Shown here piece by piece: positions 37,471 through 45,358 of a stretch of 53,818 bases of DNA (its first letter is position 1; each line of letters opens with the position of its first letter). The stretch spans positions 1 through 53,818 of IMG/VR virus record IMGVR_UViG_3300042559_000579. The stretch is one strand, 5' to 3'. The notes under the pieces are model-generated. The model saw only the letters and a list, made by a program, of their open reading frames with translations, was not told the origin of the DNA and ran no database searches. The position numbers and the translations under genes are program-made. The DNA is from a virus (taxonomy: Duplodnaviria > Caudoviricetes).

Positions 37471-37641
37471 CTAATGCGGCTCGTGGTGAATCCACACCTC
37501 GTTGCCAGTCTCCGGGTCCACAAACTCCAACCTCGGGAAACACCAGCACTGCGGCGTAGGCAGATGTTCCACCACCTCCACCTCCCTGTCCAGCATCTCG
37601 TGCCGCTCCAACACGGCCACCACCGGCGACTCACGCGGCAT
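37471..37641 (-). CDS. small His/Cys protein (HLPTPQCWC.P)
   Basis: 56-aa ORF starting MPRESP, overlapping the terL end. Confidence 0.6.
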   Translation of the reverse strand: MPRESPVVAVLERHEMLDREVEVVEHLPTPQCWCFPRLEFVDPETGNEVWIHHEPH

Positions 37642-39055
37642 AAGGATTCTCCCTCTTCGGCCGACCAGTGTCTGCGTAGTCGTCCTCGTCCCAATCATCC
37701 TGCGGCGGAGGATCAACCTCCAGCCACCCAGAATCACGCAGGAATCGCAGCGCCTGCGTCAGCGTATCAACGAGGTCATCATGCGTCGTCTGCGGGAATG
37801 CACACACCTGCGACACCAGCGGCTCCGCCCAGTCTCGCACATACCCCGGCCGCTGCGTCGACTCAGGAATCCACACCCGGCCCCGCGCAATGATGTGCGA
37901 CACGATGTTCAGCCGCTGCACCTTGTCCGCCTTCCCGGGGTTGTACGCCCTCACCGGCAGATGCGCCCGCTGCAGATCCTGGATCAGCGAGATGCCCGCA
38001 GACTTGTCTTCAATCAGGATCAGGTCGACCCGCTTGCGATCCCGGCCGTCCGTGCCCGACTCGAATACCGTCTCGTACTCGTCGACCACCTTTGGCCGCA
38101 GGTCAGGGTACTGCAGCCGGTCCTGCCAGCAGTCGATCAGCATCGCGCTCATCGGCCCGTCCTCCGGCTTGAACACGCCCCAGGTGCTCGACGCCGTCGG
38201 GTCATTCTGGGTCTTCTCGGACGTCGCGCAGTCGTAGCTCTGCAGGATGTACTCGAACCGCGGGAACGCCTTCTGCGCCGGCCACAGCTTGAAGCTGTCC
38301 CGCTTGACGATGCCGCCCTCTTCGGGGTCGATGATCTCGGCGTGGATCTCCTGGCGGCCGAGCGTCGTGCCCTCGTACTGCATGATCTGCCGGCGGAAGT
38401 TGTCCGACAGGTTGCCCAGGTTCGCATACGTCGACGCCCGGGTGACCACGACGTCGTCGCCCTCCCGGGCCAGCAGTTCGATGATCAGGTCCTTGGGCTT
38501 CGGCGTCGTCGTGATGATCGTCCGGGTCTTCGCCCCTAGGCGCACGCCGAACTGGATCTGGTCCCAGCTTTCCTGCAGGTAGTCCCAGGCGGCGAGCTCG
38601 TCGCACCATGCCCCGTGGAACTGCGGGCCTCGGAAGCGCTCGGGCTCGCTCGCCGGGATCCCCTTGATCAGGCTGCCGTTGGTCAGCCGGAGCTCGTGCA
38701 GCGCCTTGTTGTAATCGTCGATCAGCGGCGCCGGGATGACGGACATCAGCCCTGAGTCGCCCTCGAAGCACGTCGACCGCACGTCAGACGACGTCGGGGC
38801 GGCCACCAGCCAGCGCGTGCCCGGGTTCTCCCAGGCCCACCAGCCGATCTGCTCGGCGGCCGTCCGGGTCTTGCCGGCGCCCCGGCCTGCCAGCATCAGC
38901 CAGATCGACCACCAGTCCCCCGACGGCAGCACCTGATGCGCGTGCGCCGTCTGCAGCCACCGCAGCCGCCAGAGGTACGCCAGCCGCTTCTCCGGCGGCA
39001 GGGCCTTCAGCGCCGCCTGTACGTCCGGCGCTTCCAGCGACTCAGCGAGGTCCAC
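37631..39055 (-). CDS. terL: terminase large subunit
   Basis: Walker A AGRGAGKT, Walker B WCDE, TTTP coupling motif, nuclease SYD and HDDLVD. Confidence 0.95.
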   Translation of the reverse strand: MDLAESLEAPDVQAALKALPPEKRLAYLWRLRWLQTAHAHQVLPSGDWWSIWLMLAGRGAGKTRTAAEQIGWWAWENPGTRWLVAAPTSSDVRSTCFEGDSGLMSVIPAPLIDDYNKALHELRLTNGSLIKGIPASEPERFRGPQFHGAWCDELAAWDYLQESWDQIQFGVRLGAKTRTIITTTPKPKDLIIELLAREGDDVVVTRASTYANLGNLSDNFRRQIMQYEGTTLGRQEIHAEIIDPEEGGIVKRDSFKLWPAQKAFPRFEYILQSYDCATSEKTQNDPTASSTWGVFKPEDGPMSAMLIDCWQDRLQYPDLRPKVVDEYETVFESGTDGRDRKRVDLILIEDKSAGISLIQDLQRAHLPVRAYNPGKADKVQRLNIVSHIIARGRVWIPESTQRPGYVRDWAEPLVSQVCAFPQTTHDDLVDTLTQALRFLRDSGWLEVDPPPQDDWDEDDYADTGRPKRENPYAA

Positions 39056-39260
39056 TGCATGCCTTCAGGAGGGCGCAGGGCGGCGTTCTGGACTCCGACC
39101 GTAGGGCACCCTCCCAGCGCTCACGTTCGCGCCTCTGAGCCTCGTCTACGAGCCTGCGCGTGCGGCCGACAAACGACTCGGGGTCGCCTGACATCCTGGC
39201 CGTCGTCTCCCGGCTCCAGCCCATGAACTGCGCGATCTCGTCGTCGGTCACGCTGCGCAC
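39042..39260 (-). CDS. hypothetical protein
   Basis: 72-aa ORF overlapping terL start. Confidence 0.5.
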   Translation of the reverse strand: MRSVTDDEIAQFMGWSRETTARMSGDPESFVGRTRRLVDEAQRRERERWEGALRSESRTPPCALLKACSGPR

Positions 39261-39526
39261 CTCCGGGCGTACTCCCAGACGCTGGCAGCCTGGATCGACT
39301 GCCGCGGCGCCTCATGCCGGGGCACCTCCAGCCCGGGCACTGCGCGGTACAGACCGCCCCGCAGCGTCAGGATGTTGAGCCTGACCATGTTGTTCAGGAT
39401 CTGCGGCGTCGTGCCGGGCGCAGCCTCGATCAGTTCAGCCGCGGTCATCGGCTCGGCCGCCAGCTTCCAGGCCAGCCGATGGTTCGTGCTCAGGGATTCT
39501 CGTGATCGCATGCCAGTCAGCCGCAT
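39248..39526 (-). CDS. putative winged-helix protein
   Basis: PMTAAEL...ILNNMVR..IL...GGLY pattern. Confidence 0.55.
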   Translation of the reverse strand: MRLTGMRSRESLSTNHRLAWKLAAEPMTAAELIEAAPGTTPQILNNMVRLNILTLRGGLYRAVPGLEVPRHEAPRQSIQAASVWEYARRCAA

Positions 39527-39614
39527 TGCTGCGGCGCATCATTGGTATTGCCTATGGGCCGCCGGTCTCAGCCCGGGATTTTCGACACTCGGCGCCCGGC
39601 GTCATAGCCTACGC

Positions 39615-40115
39615 TTATGAGCCGGCGGCCTGCCGCGTCAGTTGGGCGTGCTCCAGGATGGTCTTGAAGAGCTTCTCAGCGTTGAGCTCGGCGTCCACCT
39701 TCAGCGGCGAGTCGGCGTCGCCGGCCACCGCCACCCTCTCCCCGTACTTCTTCGGGTTCCACTTGGCCAAGAGCTTGAGGCGCGTCTCGATCCGCAGCTT
39801 GCTGCGCTGGACGTGCTCGGCGTTCAGCTTCCGTCCGTGCTCCGTCTCCATCCAGTCGTTGGCGGCGTCGTCGGCAATGCGCAGGCAGTCCTCCGCCATA
39901 GCGTCATAGCCAATCTCACGCGCACGCGCGATGGATGCAGACAGGCCGGCGCCCCCGCCAGCAGCGACGGCCTGATCATCCTTCACCATCCAGTCGTAGA
40001 TGGTGCGCCATTCGGGCATGCCGTTCTGTCTGCAGATTTCCCGCAGTGGGACGCCTTCAGCCAATTGGCGGCAGATCTCTCTGGCGATCTCGACGGTGTA
40101 CTTGCTGGCGGGCAT
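39615..40115 (-). CDS. terS: terminase small subunit (Sf6/P22-like)
   Basis: YT.EIA.EIC..LAEG..LR.IC, RSKLRIETRLKLLAKWNPKKYGE. Confidence 0.88.
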   Translation of the reverse strand: MPASKYTVEIAREICRQLAEGVPLREICRQNGMPEWRTIYDWMVKDDQAVAAGGGAGLSASIARAREIGYDAMAEDCLRIADDAANDWMETEHGRKLNAEHVQRSKLRIETRLKLLAKWNPKKYGERVAVAGDADSPLKVDAELNAEKLFKTILEHAQLTRQAAGS

Positions 40116-40142
40116 GATGCTCTCTCCTGGTGGGTGAGGGTA

Positions 40143-40559
40143 TCAGAACGCTTTGCCGCCGGGTTGCCTGCGGTTCTCGGGCTTGTGGTCTGCTCGCTGG
40201 GCGTTGTAGGCGAGCTTCTCGGCGATTGCGCCACCCAGGTCGAGGTTGAGGCCGCCGGCCATGTCGAAGATCCTGATGACGGCGTCGGCGAGTTCTACCT
40301 CCAACATGGGGCGATGCGGGAGCTTGTCGTCCATCAAGCCCTTCCTAGCGCCTTCCATGGCCTCGCTGATCTCACTGTGGATCAGGCAGAGCATCTCTCC
40401 GATGTTGCGGCCGTGGGGGTAGCTGAACTCCGGCTTGTAGGTGTGGGCTTGGTTGTTGCCGGCGCCGTCCGTCCACCAGCCGCAGTCCCTGGCCAGACCG
40501 TGGCAGGTGCGCTGCAGGCAGTAGGAGGCGGCGCGGATCTCAATGTCGGTGCTGTCCAT
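40143..40559 (-). CDS. MazG-like NTP pyrophosphohydrolase
   Basis: LIHSEISEA.EG.RK, EVELADAVIRIFD, EKLAYN..R motifs. Confidence 0.85.
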   Translation of the reverse strand: MDSTDIEIRAASYCLQRTCHGLARDCGWWTDGAGNNQAHTYKPEFSYPHGRNIGEMLCLIHSEISEAMEGARKGLMDDKLPHRPMLEVELADAVIRIFDMAGGLNLDLGGAIAEKLAYNAQRADHKPENRRQPGGKAF

Positions 40560-40566
40560 GGTGCTC

Positions 40567-40830
40567 TCAGAACAGGCCGGCTTGCTGTTTGCCGGCGTTG
40601 GTGGCCGCCTCGATGGCCCGGCGGATCATGGGCTCCCAACTCGGCGGGTAGGTGGCGAAGCAGTGCGAGCCCGACCCGTTGGTCTTAGGGCGGAGCTCTT
40701 TGGGCGGCAGGCTGCCGAACCGCTTCTCGTACTCGGTCGACATGACCGACCCGATGGACCACGCCTCTCGGCTGCCCAGAGTGGCTCCGATCGCTCGGGC
40801 CACCTCCTGGACTGTGATCCGCCGGCTCAT
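40567..40830 (-). CDS. hypothetical protein
   Basis: 87-aa ORF from MSRRITVQ, TGATG coupled. Confidence 0.65.
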   Translation of the reverse strand: MSRRITVQEVARAIGATLGSREAWSIGSVMSTEYEKRFGSLPPKELRPKTNGSGSHCFATYPPSWEPMIRRAIEAATNAGKQQAGLF

Positions 40831-41090
40831 CACGCAGCCAGGGTGACGACGTTGCCGGCGTTGTCGACGCTGACCTGCGGCTCGGGCTCGAACAGATCCG
40901 GCTCGGCGATCGACGACTCGACCTGGACGCCCTCCTTCAAGAGCTTGATCAGGTCCTGCTGGCTGGCCCTGCGCACGGCGTAGGTGGTGCGGGCGGCGTA
41001 TGCCAGAGCCTGCGTGCTCTGCGTTGCCTCGATCAGCCGGGTCGGGAGGCACTCGGCCTCGGCCTCAAGGACGTAAACGATGCGTGCCAT
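40830..41090 (-). CDS. hypothetical protein
   Basis: 86 aa, RLIEA....QAL.YAA..Y.VRRASQ.DL; SD GAGGA. Confidence 0.75.
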   Translation of the reverse strand: MARIVYVLEAEAECLPTRLIEATQSTQALAYAARTTYAVRRASQQDLIKLLKEGVQVESSIAEPDLFEPEPQVSVDNAGNVVTLAA

Positions 41091-41161
41091 TTCCTCTTCT
41101 CCTCAGAAACCCGCTGGGTTATCTGACCATGCGGAACTGCATGGCCTAGATGCAGCGGACA

Positions 41162-41386
41162 CTACGATTGTATCGGTTTTGACTGCGTTTTTGCACGGTC
41201 GGACTTACATTGTCTCTGGTCTGACAGCGCCTTCGCCATGGCCTTGACGGCCGCATGATCGTCTGGGTGGACGTAGAGCTCCAGGCGTGTCAGGCCGGCC
41301 GCGGCTCGACGCTGACGCATGGCGGCCACGCGCTGGGCTATCTGCGACTGCCTGCGCAAGATGGCGATGGCGGTATCCCGGGTCAT
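41162..41386 (-). CDS. putative ribbon-helix-helix DNA-binding protein
   Basis: AQRVAA.RQRR.AAGL.R.E.YVHPDD pattern; SD AAAGGA. Confidence 0.6.
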   Translation of the reverse strand: MTRDTAIAILRRQSQIAQRVAAMRQRRAAAGLTRLELYVHPDDHAAVKAMAKALSDQRQCKSDRAKTQSKPIQS

Positions 41387-41451
41387 GGTGATCCTTTCGG
41401 TGACACTGGCCAACCTCGGGGCTGGCCGCTGCCACCGGACAGCGGGACGGG

Positions 41452-41715
41452 TCAGCGGCGAATCCACTTGTTGACGCGACCGAATTGGGTCGCGCCGTGC
41501 TGAACGCTGACCCGCTTGTGGGTCTCGGACTTCTTGTCCCAGGCGGCCTGCACCGCAGTGTCGACAGCAGCGAAGAACTCGGCAGCACCAACCTGCTTAC
41601 CCGACAGGAAGAACTTCTGCGCGTCGTCGTGGTTGACGAAGTTGCGCGCTTCGTGGGCGCTGCTGGACTCGACGGCGTAGCCATTGCTGTAGGTGGTGGC
41701 GTAACGCTTGGTCAT
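41452..41715 (-). CDS. hypothetical early protein
   Basis: 87 aa from MTKRYATT behind a promoter cassette; SD GGAG. Confidence 0.7.
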   Translation of the reverse strand: MTKRYATTYSNGYAVESSSAHEARNFVNHDDAQKFFLSGKQVGAAEFFAAVDTAVQAAWDKKSETHKRVSVQHGATQFGRVNKWIRR

Positions 41716-41778
41716 GTTGCTGCTCCGGGTTGCGTGTTGCGATGGGTGAACTGTAGTCTTGTTTCCGGTAACGCACAA
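41716..41778 (-). promoter_or_regulatory. sigma70 promoter TTGTGC-N17-TACAGT plus leader
   Basis: -35 at 41773-41778, -10 at 41750-41755; leader shares GCAACACGCA with the 43.9-kb cassette. Confidence 0.65.
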
Positions 41779-41806
41779 GGGGGTCTTGAATGCCCCCTCG
41801 GTCTAC

Positions 41807-42148
41807 TCAGGCATTGCAGCACCCGCAGCAGGGAGCGTCTTCGCACAAGCCGCGGCGGTTGCGGTAGAACTCCTTGCCCGAGGCGCTGCGCCAGACGTCG
41901 CTGACCCCACGCTCCAGGCTGCGGCGCAGGTAGCGGCCGGCGGCGATCGTGGCCTCGTCCTGCGGGTCCAGCGTCTCGTCGACCGAGGCGCCCAGCACCC
42001 CGTCAGGATTCAGCGCCTCATCAGAGGCCGCAGAAGCGGCGCGAGACACGAGGTAGTACCTACCCCTGCCCGCGCTGGCGATCGTGTCTCCTGGGGCGAT
42101 CTGAGCCCCCGTGCGGGCGCAGCGGCCCGGGTAGCGTGCTGCGAACAT
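41807..42148 (-). CDS. hypothetical protein with C-terminal CEDAPCCGCC
   Basis: 113-aa ORF; SD GAGGAGG. Confidence 0.75.
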   Translation of the reverse strand: MFAARYPGRCARTGAQIAPGDTIASAGRGRYYLVSRAASAASDEALNPDGVLGASVDETLDPQDEATIAAGRYLRRSLERGVSDVWRSASGKEFYRNRRGLCEDAPCCGCCNA

Positions 42149-42157
42149 GGTGCCTCC

Positions 42158-42295
42158 TCAGTGCAGGGACTTCAGGACGGACTGCTCGACGCAGTCATCG
42201 TGACCGGCCTGCAGTTCCTCTTGATCGCGCAGCAGGCGCTCAATGGCCCACTGCTCCAGTTGCTCGGCCGTGGCCTGGGCGTAGTCGTAGCCCAT
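42158..42295 (-). CDS. hypothetical protein (45 aa)
   Basis: MGYDYAQATAEQ; TGATG coupled to upstream gene. Confidence 0.5.
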   Translation of the reverse strand: MGYDYAQATAEQLEQWAIERLLRDQEELQAGHDDCVEQSVLKSLH

Positions 42296-42552
42296 CACTG
42301 ACCCCTGATCTCGGCCAAGAACCGCGCCTCGTCGTTGTACGCGACGGAGTGGTCCAGCTTGGCCTCCAGCCAGGGCGCTGGGTAGCCGCGGCGGTCCAGG
42401 ATGTCGAACGTGAAGCACGTCTGCGGGCGGGCCCAGCCGTCGCTGGTATCGGTGTGGAGCTCGATCACCCCCACAAAACACGGGATGCCCGCCACGGTGG
42501 ACGGGTGAAGGATTTCGTACTGGCGCTCGGCGCGGAGAAGTTGCTTGGTCAT
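42295..42552 (-). CDS. hypothetical early protein
   Basis: VAGIPC..GV, ILDRRGYPAPWLE.KL motif; behind promoter cassette. Confidence 0.75.
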   Translation of the reverse strand: MTKQLLRAERQYEILHPSTVAGIPCFVGVIELHTDTSDGWARPQTCFTFDILDRRGYPAPWLEAKLDHSVAYNDEARFLAEIRGQ

Positions 42553-42623
42553 GATTCGCTTTCTTTTCGCTGTCCTGCGTGATGCAGTAGTGCAAGTGTA
42601 GGTTACATCTTGAAGGGGCGTAA
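42553..42623 (-). promoter_or_regulatory. early promoter/leader cassette (TACACT -10; CACGCAGGACAGCGAA leader)
   Basis: -10 at 42595-42600; leader nearly identical to those at 43.1 and 43.87 kb; weak -35. Confidence 0.65.
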
Positions 42624-42634
42624 GCCCCCTCAGA

Positions 42635-43093
42635 TCACTTGGCTTTCTTGGAGACCTTACCCGCCTTGGTCAGCGTCGCCTGATAGGCAACTGCCTCGGC
42701 CTTCTTGGCATCGAGGTCGGCTTGCGACACGACGGACGTGACGTCGCTGATCAACCACTGCCCACAGGTCATTCCCCGCCCGGACTTGATGGATTTCAGG
42801 TCGATGTACACCATGCCGGGATTCAGCGCGTCTTCCCTGATGGCCTCAACGATGCACCACACATCGCGGCCACCGAGAACGACCCAGGTCTTGACGAACT
42901 CCCCAACCTTCAAGTCGGCGACTTTGCGCTGCAGCAACGACGTGAAGTGAGCGTTGGCGGCCTTGCCCCGCGCGGTGAACTGATGCCCAGTACCGCCGCA
43001 ACCGTAGCAGCGATCGCCGTGCATCATGTTGAAGGAGAACTTGCCGCTGCCGGCGCACCGCGTGCAAGTCTGGGTCTCGAAGGGCTGGCTCAT
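42635..43093 (-). CDS. early protein with DnaJ-type CxxCxGxG zinc finger
   Basis: CTRCAGSG..CYGCGGTG. Confidence 0.75.
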   Translation of the reverse strand: MSQPFETQTCTRCAGSGKFSFNMMHGDRCYGCGGTGHQFTARGKAANAHFTSLLQRKVADLKVGEFVKTWVVLGGRDVWCIVEAIREDALNPGMVYIDLKSIKSGRGMTCGQWLISDVTSVVSQADLDAKKAEAVAYQATLTKAGKVSKKAK

Positions 43094-43165
43094 GATTCGC
43101 TCCTGGTTCGCTGTCCTGCGTGCTGCAGTGATGACAGTGTAACCAGAACTTAGATCATGATGCAA
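43094..43165 (-). promoter_or_regulatory. early promoter TTGCAT-N18-TACACT plus leader
   Basis: -35 at 43160-43165, -10 at 43136-43141; leader CACTGCAGCACGCAGGACAGCGAA. Confidence 0.75.
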
Positions 43166-43185
43166 TACCCAAAGAACCCGCTGGG

Positions 43186-43362
43186 TTATTCGGCGCCGAG
43201 CACCTTCTCAGCGAAGTCCCTGGCCTGCTGCGCGTCGAGGAACACCCGACGACCGATTTCAGCGCCGGAGTCCTCATCGCGGAAGACCACCTCGTAGATG
43301 GTCGCCTGCATTGGGGTGATGGTGACGGACAGACCGTCGGCCGTGTTTTCAAGCTTGATCAT
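43186..43362 (-). CDS. hypothetical protein (58 aa)
   Basis: MIKLENTADG; SD AAGGAAG. Confidence 0.65.
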   Translation of the reverse strand: MIKLENTADGLSVTITPMQATIYEVVFRDEDSGAEIGRRVFLDAQQARDFAEKVLGAE

Positions 43363-43372
43363 GACGCTTCCT

Positions 43373-43591
43373 TCAGAAACGCAGTGCCTCAACGTGGGCG
43401 ACCTCGGCCAAGACATACCGGAAGGTCGTTTCACCGTCGACCCGGTCCCAGGTCTTGTGCGACCCGGCGGGCATGAACTCCGGGCGGTCGATCGACTGCA
43501 GGTCGGCGTCCCATGGGAAATTGGGGGCCAGCAAGCTAAGGCTGATGTTTTGCCCCGTCAGGGCCATCTTGAAGTTGGCATTCAGCAGCAT
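43373..43591 (-). CDS. hypothetical protein
   Basis: 72 aa; SD GAGGAG. Confidence 0.65.
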   Translation of the reverse strand: MLLNANFKMALTGQNISLSLLAPNFPWDADLQSIDRPEFMPAGSHKTWDRVDGETTFRYVLAEVAHVEALRF

Positions 43592-43601
43592 GGCAGTCTC
43601 C

Positions 43602-43853
43602 TCAGACGTTAATCAGGTCAAGGCGGGCGAGGCGGGCTTCGACCGCATCCCAGGCTTGGGACTCGGCGGCGACGAGGTCAATGCCGTCGACGTGGGTGAC
43701 CGGCACCCAGCCGCGGCCGTCGTTGGCCTCGTAAACCTCGACGCTGGCCGGGCTGCCCGGGGCGCTGAAGGTGTCGCGGGTGGCGCGGTGGTAGGCAGCG
43801 CGGATCTGCACTTCGCTGTCGTCGTCGCGGGTGTAGGTGAAGGTGACGTTCAT
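43602..43853 (-). CDS. hypothetical early protein
   Basis: 83 aa behind promoter cassette. Confidence 0.7.
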   Translation of the reverse strand: MNVTFTYTRDDDSEVQIRAAYHRATRDTFSAPGSPASVEVYEANDGRGWVPVTHVDGIDLVAAESQAWDAVEARLARLDLINV

Positions 43854-43923
43854 TTCGCTTTCCTTTCGCTGTCCTGCGTGTTGCAGTGATGCTAGTGTAA
43901 GCCCAACTTTGACTTTGACACAA
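43854..43923 (-). promoter_or_regulatory. early promoter TTGTGT-N18-TACACT plus leader
   Basis: -35 at 43918-43923, -10 at 43894-43899; leader CACTGCAACACGCAGGACAGCGAAAGGAAAGCGAAATG. Confidence 0.75.
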
Positions 43924-43934
43924 GCCCCTTCAAT

Positions 43935-44147
43935 TCAGTCGGCTTTATGGTCACCAGCCTGTAGCGCCCTCTTGCCGGCAGCGGTGATCTTCCAGGCGAT
44001 GCCGCGATCAGGCGCGTGCTTGATCAGGCCGAGATCACGCAGGGTTCCCTGGTGACGGCCAATGAGTGCGAGGGCGCGATCGGTGAGACCCTGCACGCTG
44101 CGGTTGCGTTCGATCAGGGTCAGGGCGATGAGCTCTTGCTCGTGCAT
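43935..44147 (-). CDS. putative winged-helix-like small protein
   Basis: LRDLGLI....WKITAAGKRAL; SD GAGGAGG. Confidence 0.6.
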   Translation of the reverse strand: MHEQELIALTLIERNRSVQGLTDRALALIGRHQGTLRDLGLIKHAPDRGIAWKITAAGKRALQAGDHKAD

Positions 44148-44157
44148 GGTGTCCTCC

Positions 44158-44340
44158 TCAGAACAGGGCGGGTACGTCGGTTAGATCTGGTGGAGGCACG
44201 GGTCGGCTGTAGTTCAACAGCGTCGGCGGGAAGGGCCAGTTGGGTAGACTGGGATTCAGCGGCCTCGCAACAGCAGGGTCTGTCTCCCCCTGATGAGGCC
44301 GCTTTGCCCGCCCGGGGGGATCTGGGCGGACTTTTTTCAC
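44158..44340 (-). CDS. hypothetical Pro-rich protein
   Basis: 60 aa, GTGA coupled; PNWPFP motif. Confidence 0.55.
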   Translation of the reverse strand: MKKVRPDPPGRAKRPHQGETDPAVARPLNPSLPNWPFPPTLLNYSRPVPPPDLTDVPALF

Positions 44341-44633
44341 AGCGCGGCGACCTTGACCGAGTAGACGGCCGTGGTCTTCGTTGCCTTGGCGATCGCCTCG
44401 GCGGGGATGGCGTACTGCTTGGCGATGGCCTTCCAGTCGACCGTCGAGCGGTTGCTCTCGACGTAGGTCGCCCGGAACAGGGCGCCGTCGAAGTGGTGCT
44501 GGCCGGACAGGCTCGCCTCTTCCTTGAGGGCCTTCTTGATCTCCTCGGCACGCGCCTCCAGCACGGCGATGTTCGCCAAGATGACGCCCAGCGTGTCGAT
44601 GTCGGCGGCGGCGGTGTTGATCGTGGTGTTCAT
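44337..44633 (-). CDS. hypothetical early protein
   Basis: 98 aa; IDTLG..LA.IA.L, G.LFRAT, VDWK motifs. Confidence 0.8.
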   Translation of the reverse strand: MNTTINTAAADIDTLGVILANIAVLEARAEEIKKALKEEASLSGQHHFDGALFRATYVESNRSTVDWKAIAKQYAIPAEAIAKATKTTAVYSVKVAAL

Positions 44634-44707
44634 TTCGCTGTCCTTCGCTGTAGTTGCTGCTTGATCGCAGTGACGCTAGTGTAAGCCCAACTTACACAGT
44701 CATGCAA
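44634..44707 (-). promoter_or_regulatory. early promoter TTGCAT-N18-TACACT with overlapping palindrome and tandem ACAGCGAA
   Basis: -35 at 44702-44707, -10 at 44678-44683; GTGTAAG-N5-CTTACAC. Confidence 0.75.
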
Positions 44708-44714
44708 TACCAGA

Positions 44715-45014
44715 CTATGTCCTGGGGTCTTTGACCAGGGCCCGGACGTCGGCCAGCAGGTCCGCCTCACTGAACCCGTGGTGGCGCAGGAACCCCCGAG
44801 TCCCCAAGCCGTGGACGCCGGTGCGGCCTCGGTGGTGCTCGGGGCACAGTGGGATGACGTCCCAGTCGCTGGACCGCAGGCCCATGCCGGTGCCCACGCG
44901 CGGGTGGTGGAGTTCAGCCGGCCCGGGGTCGTGCGGGCCATGTATGCGCCGGCAGGCGATGCACCCCAAGGAAGCCACCTCGCCCATGTACCGACGCACC
45001 TGATGGGGCCTCAC
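44715..45014 (-). CDS. ref: Ref-family recombination enhancement (RecA-dependent HNH) nuclease
   Basis: VASLGCIAC, AELHH.R.G.GMG.RSS..DVIPLCPEHHRG..GVH. Confidence 0.8.
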   Translation of the reverse strand: MRPHQVRRYMGEVASLGCIACRRIHGPHDPGPAELHHPRVGTGMGLRSSDWDVIPLCPEHHRGRTGVHGLGTRGFLRHHGFSEADLLADVRALVKDPRT

Positions 45015-45358
45015 AGGACGGCCTTGACTTCCTGCCGCGCAGACGCCTCTTGGCTGCGCCAGACGTCGATCCTGGCCTGCGCAGCCACCAGCCCCCAGCG
45101 GAGTTCCTCTTCAATTGCTACGGCCTGCTGCAGGCCCTTTAGGAGCTCGACGTAGTCGTCATGTGCGTACGCCTCGCGCTCCTGAGCGGCGGCCGTCCGG
45201 TTGCCGAACGTCTCTGCCTCCTTCATGAGGATGGCCTTCTTGGACTTCCGATATTCCTCCAGGAAGATCCGATCGGCTTTCGCCTGAGCGTACTTTTTGC
45301 CATGGCGAAAGATGAACTCGATCGCATCATTCGGATCCGTCGTCTTCTCCGGCCTCAT
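45011..45358 (-). CDS. conserved hypothetical coiled-coil phage protein
   Basis: YAQAKA.R..LEEYRKSKKA.LM, AQEREAYA, W.L.AAQARI.VWRS. Confidence 0.75.
   Translation of the reverse strand: MRPEKTTDPNDAIEFIFRHGKKYAQAKADRIFLEEYRKSKKAILMKEAETFGNRTAAAQEREAYAHDDYVELLKGLQQAVAIEEELRWGLVAAQARIDVWRSQEASARQEVKAVL

Noticed and set aside
37463-37549. Track start of the 1520-aa ORF
   Set aside because: Overlaps the 37471-37641 gene; ATG at 37462 has a better SD
39540-39612. tRNA gene
   Set aside because: No T-loop GTTC or D-loop consensus and no cloverleaf; folds as a single extended hairpin
633-40688. Many long plus-strand ORFs (e.g. 979-1968, 7994-9334, 26422-27504, 39642-40688)
   Set aside because: Antisense shadows of real minus-strand genes in GC-rich DNA; Arg/Leu/His-rich with no motifs
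43915-43920. Perfect TTGACA on the plus strand
   Set aside because: No -10 hexamer at correct spacing and no plus-strand gene downstream
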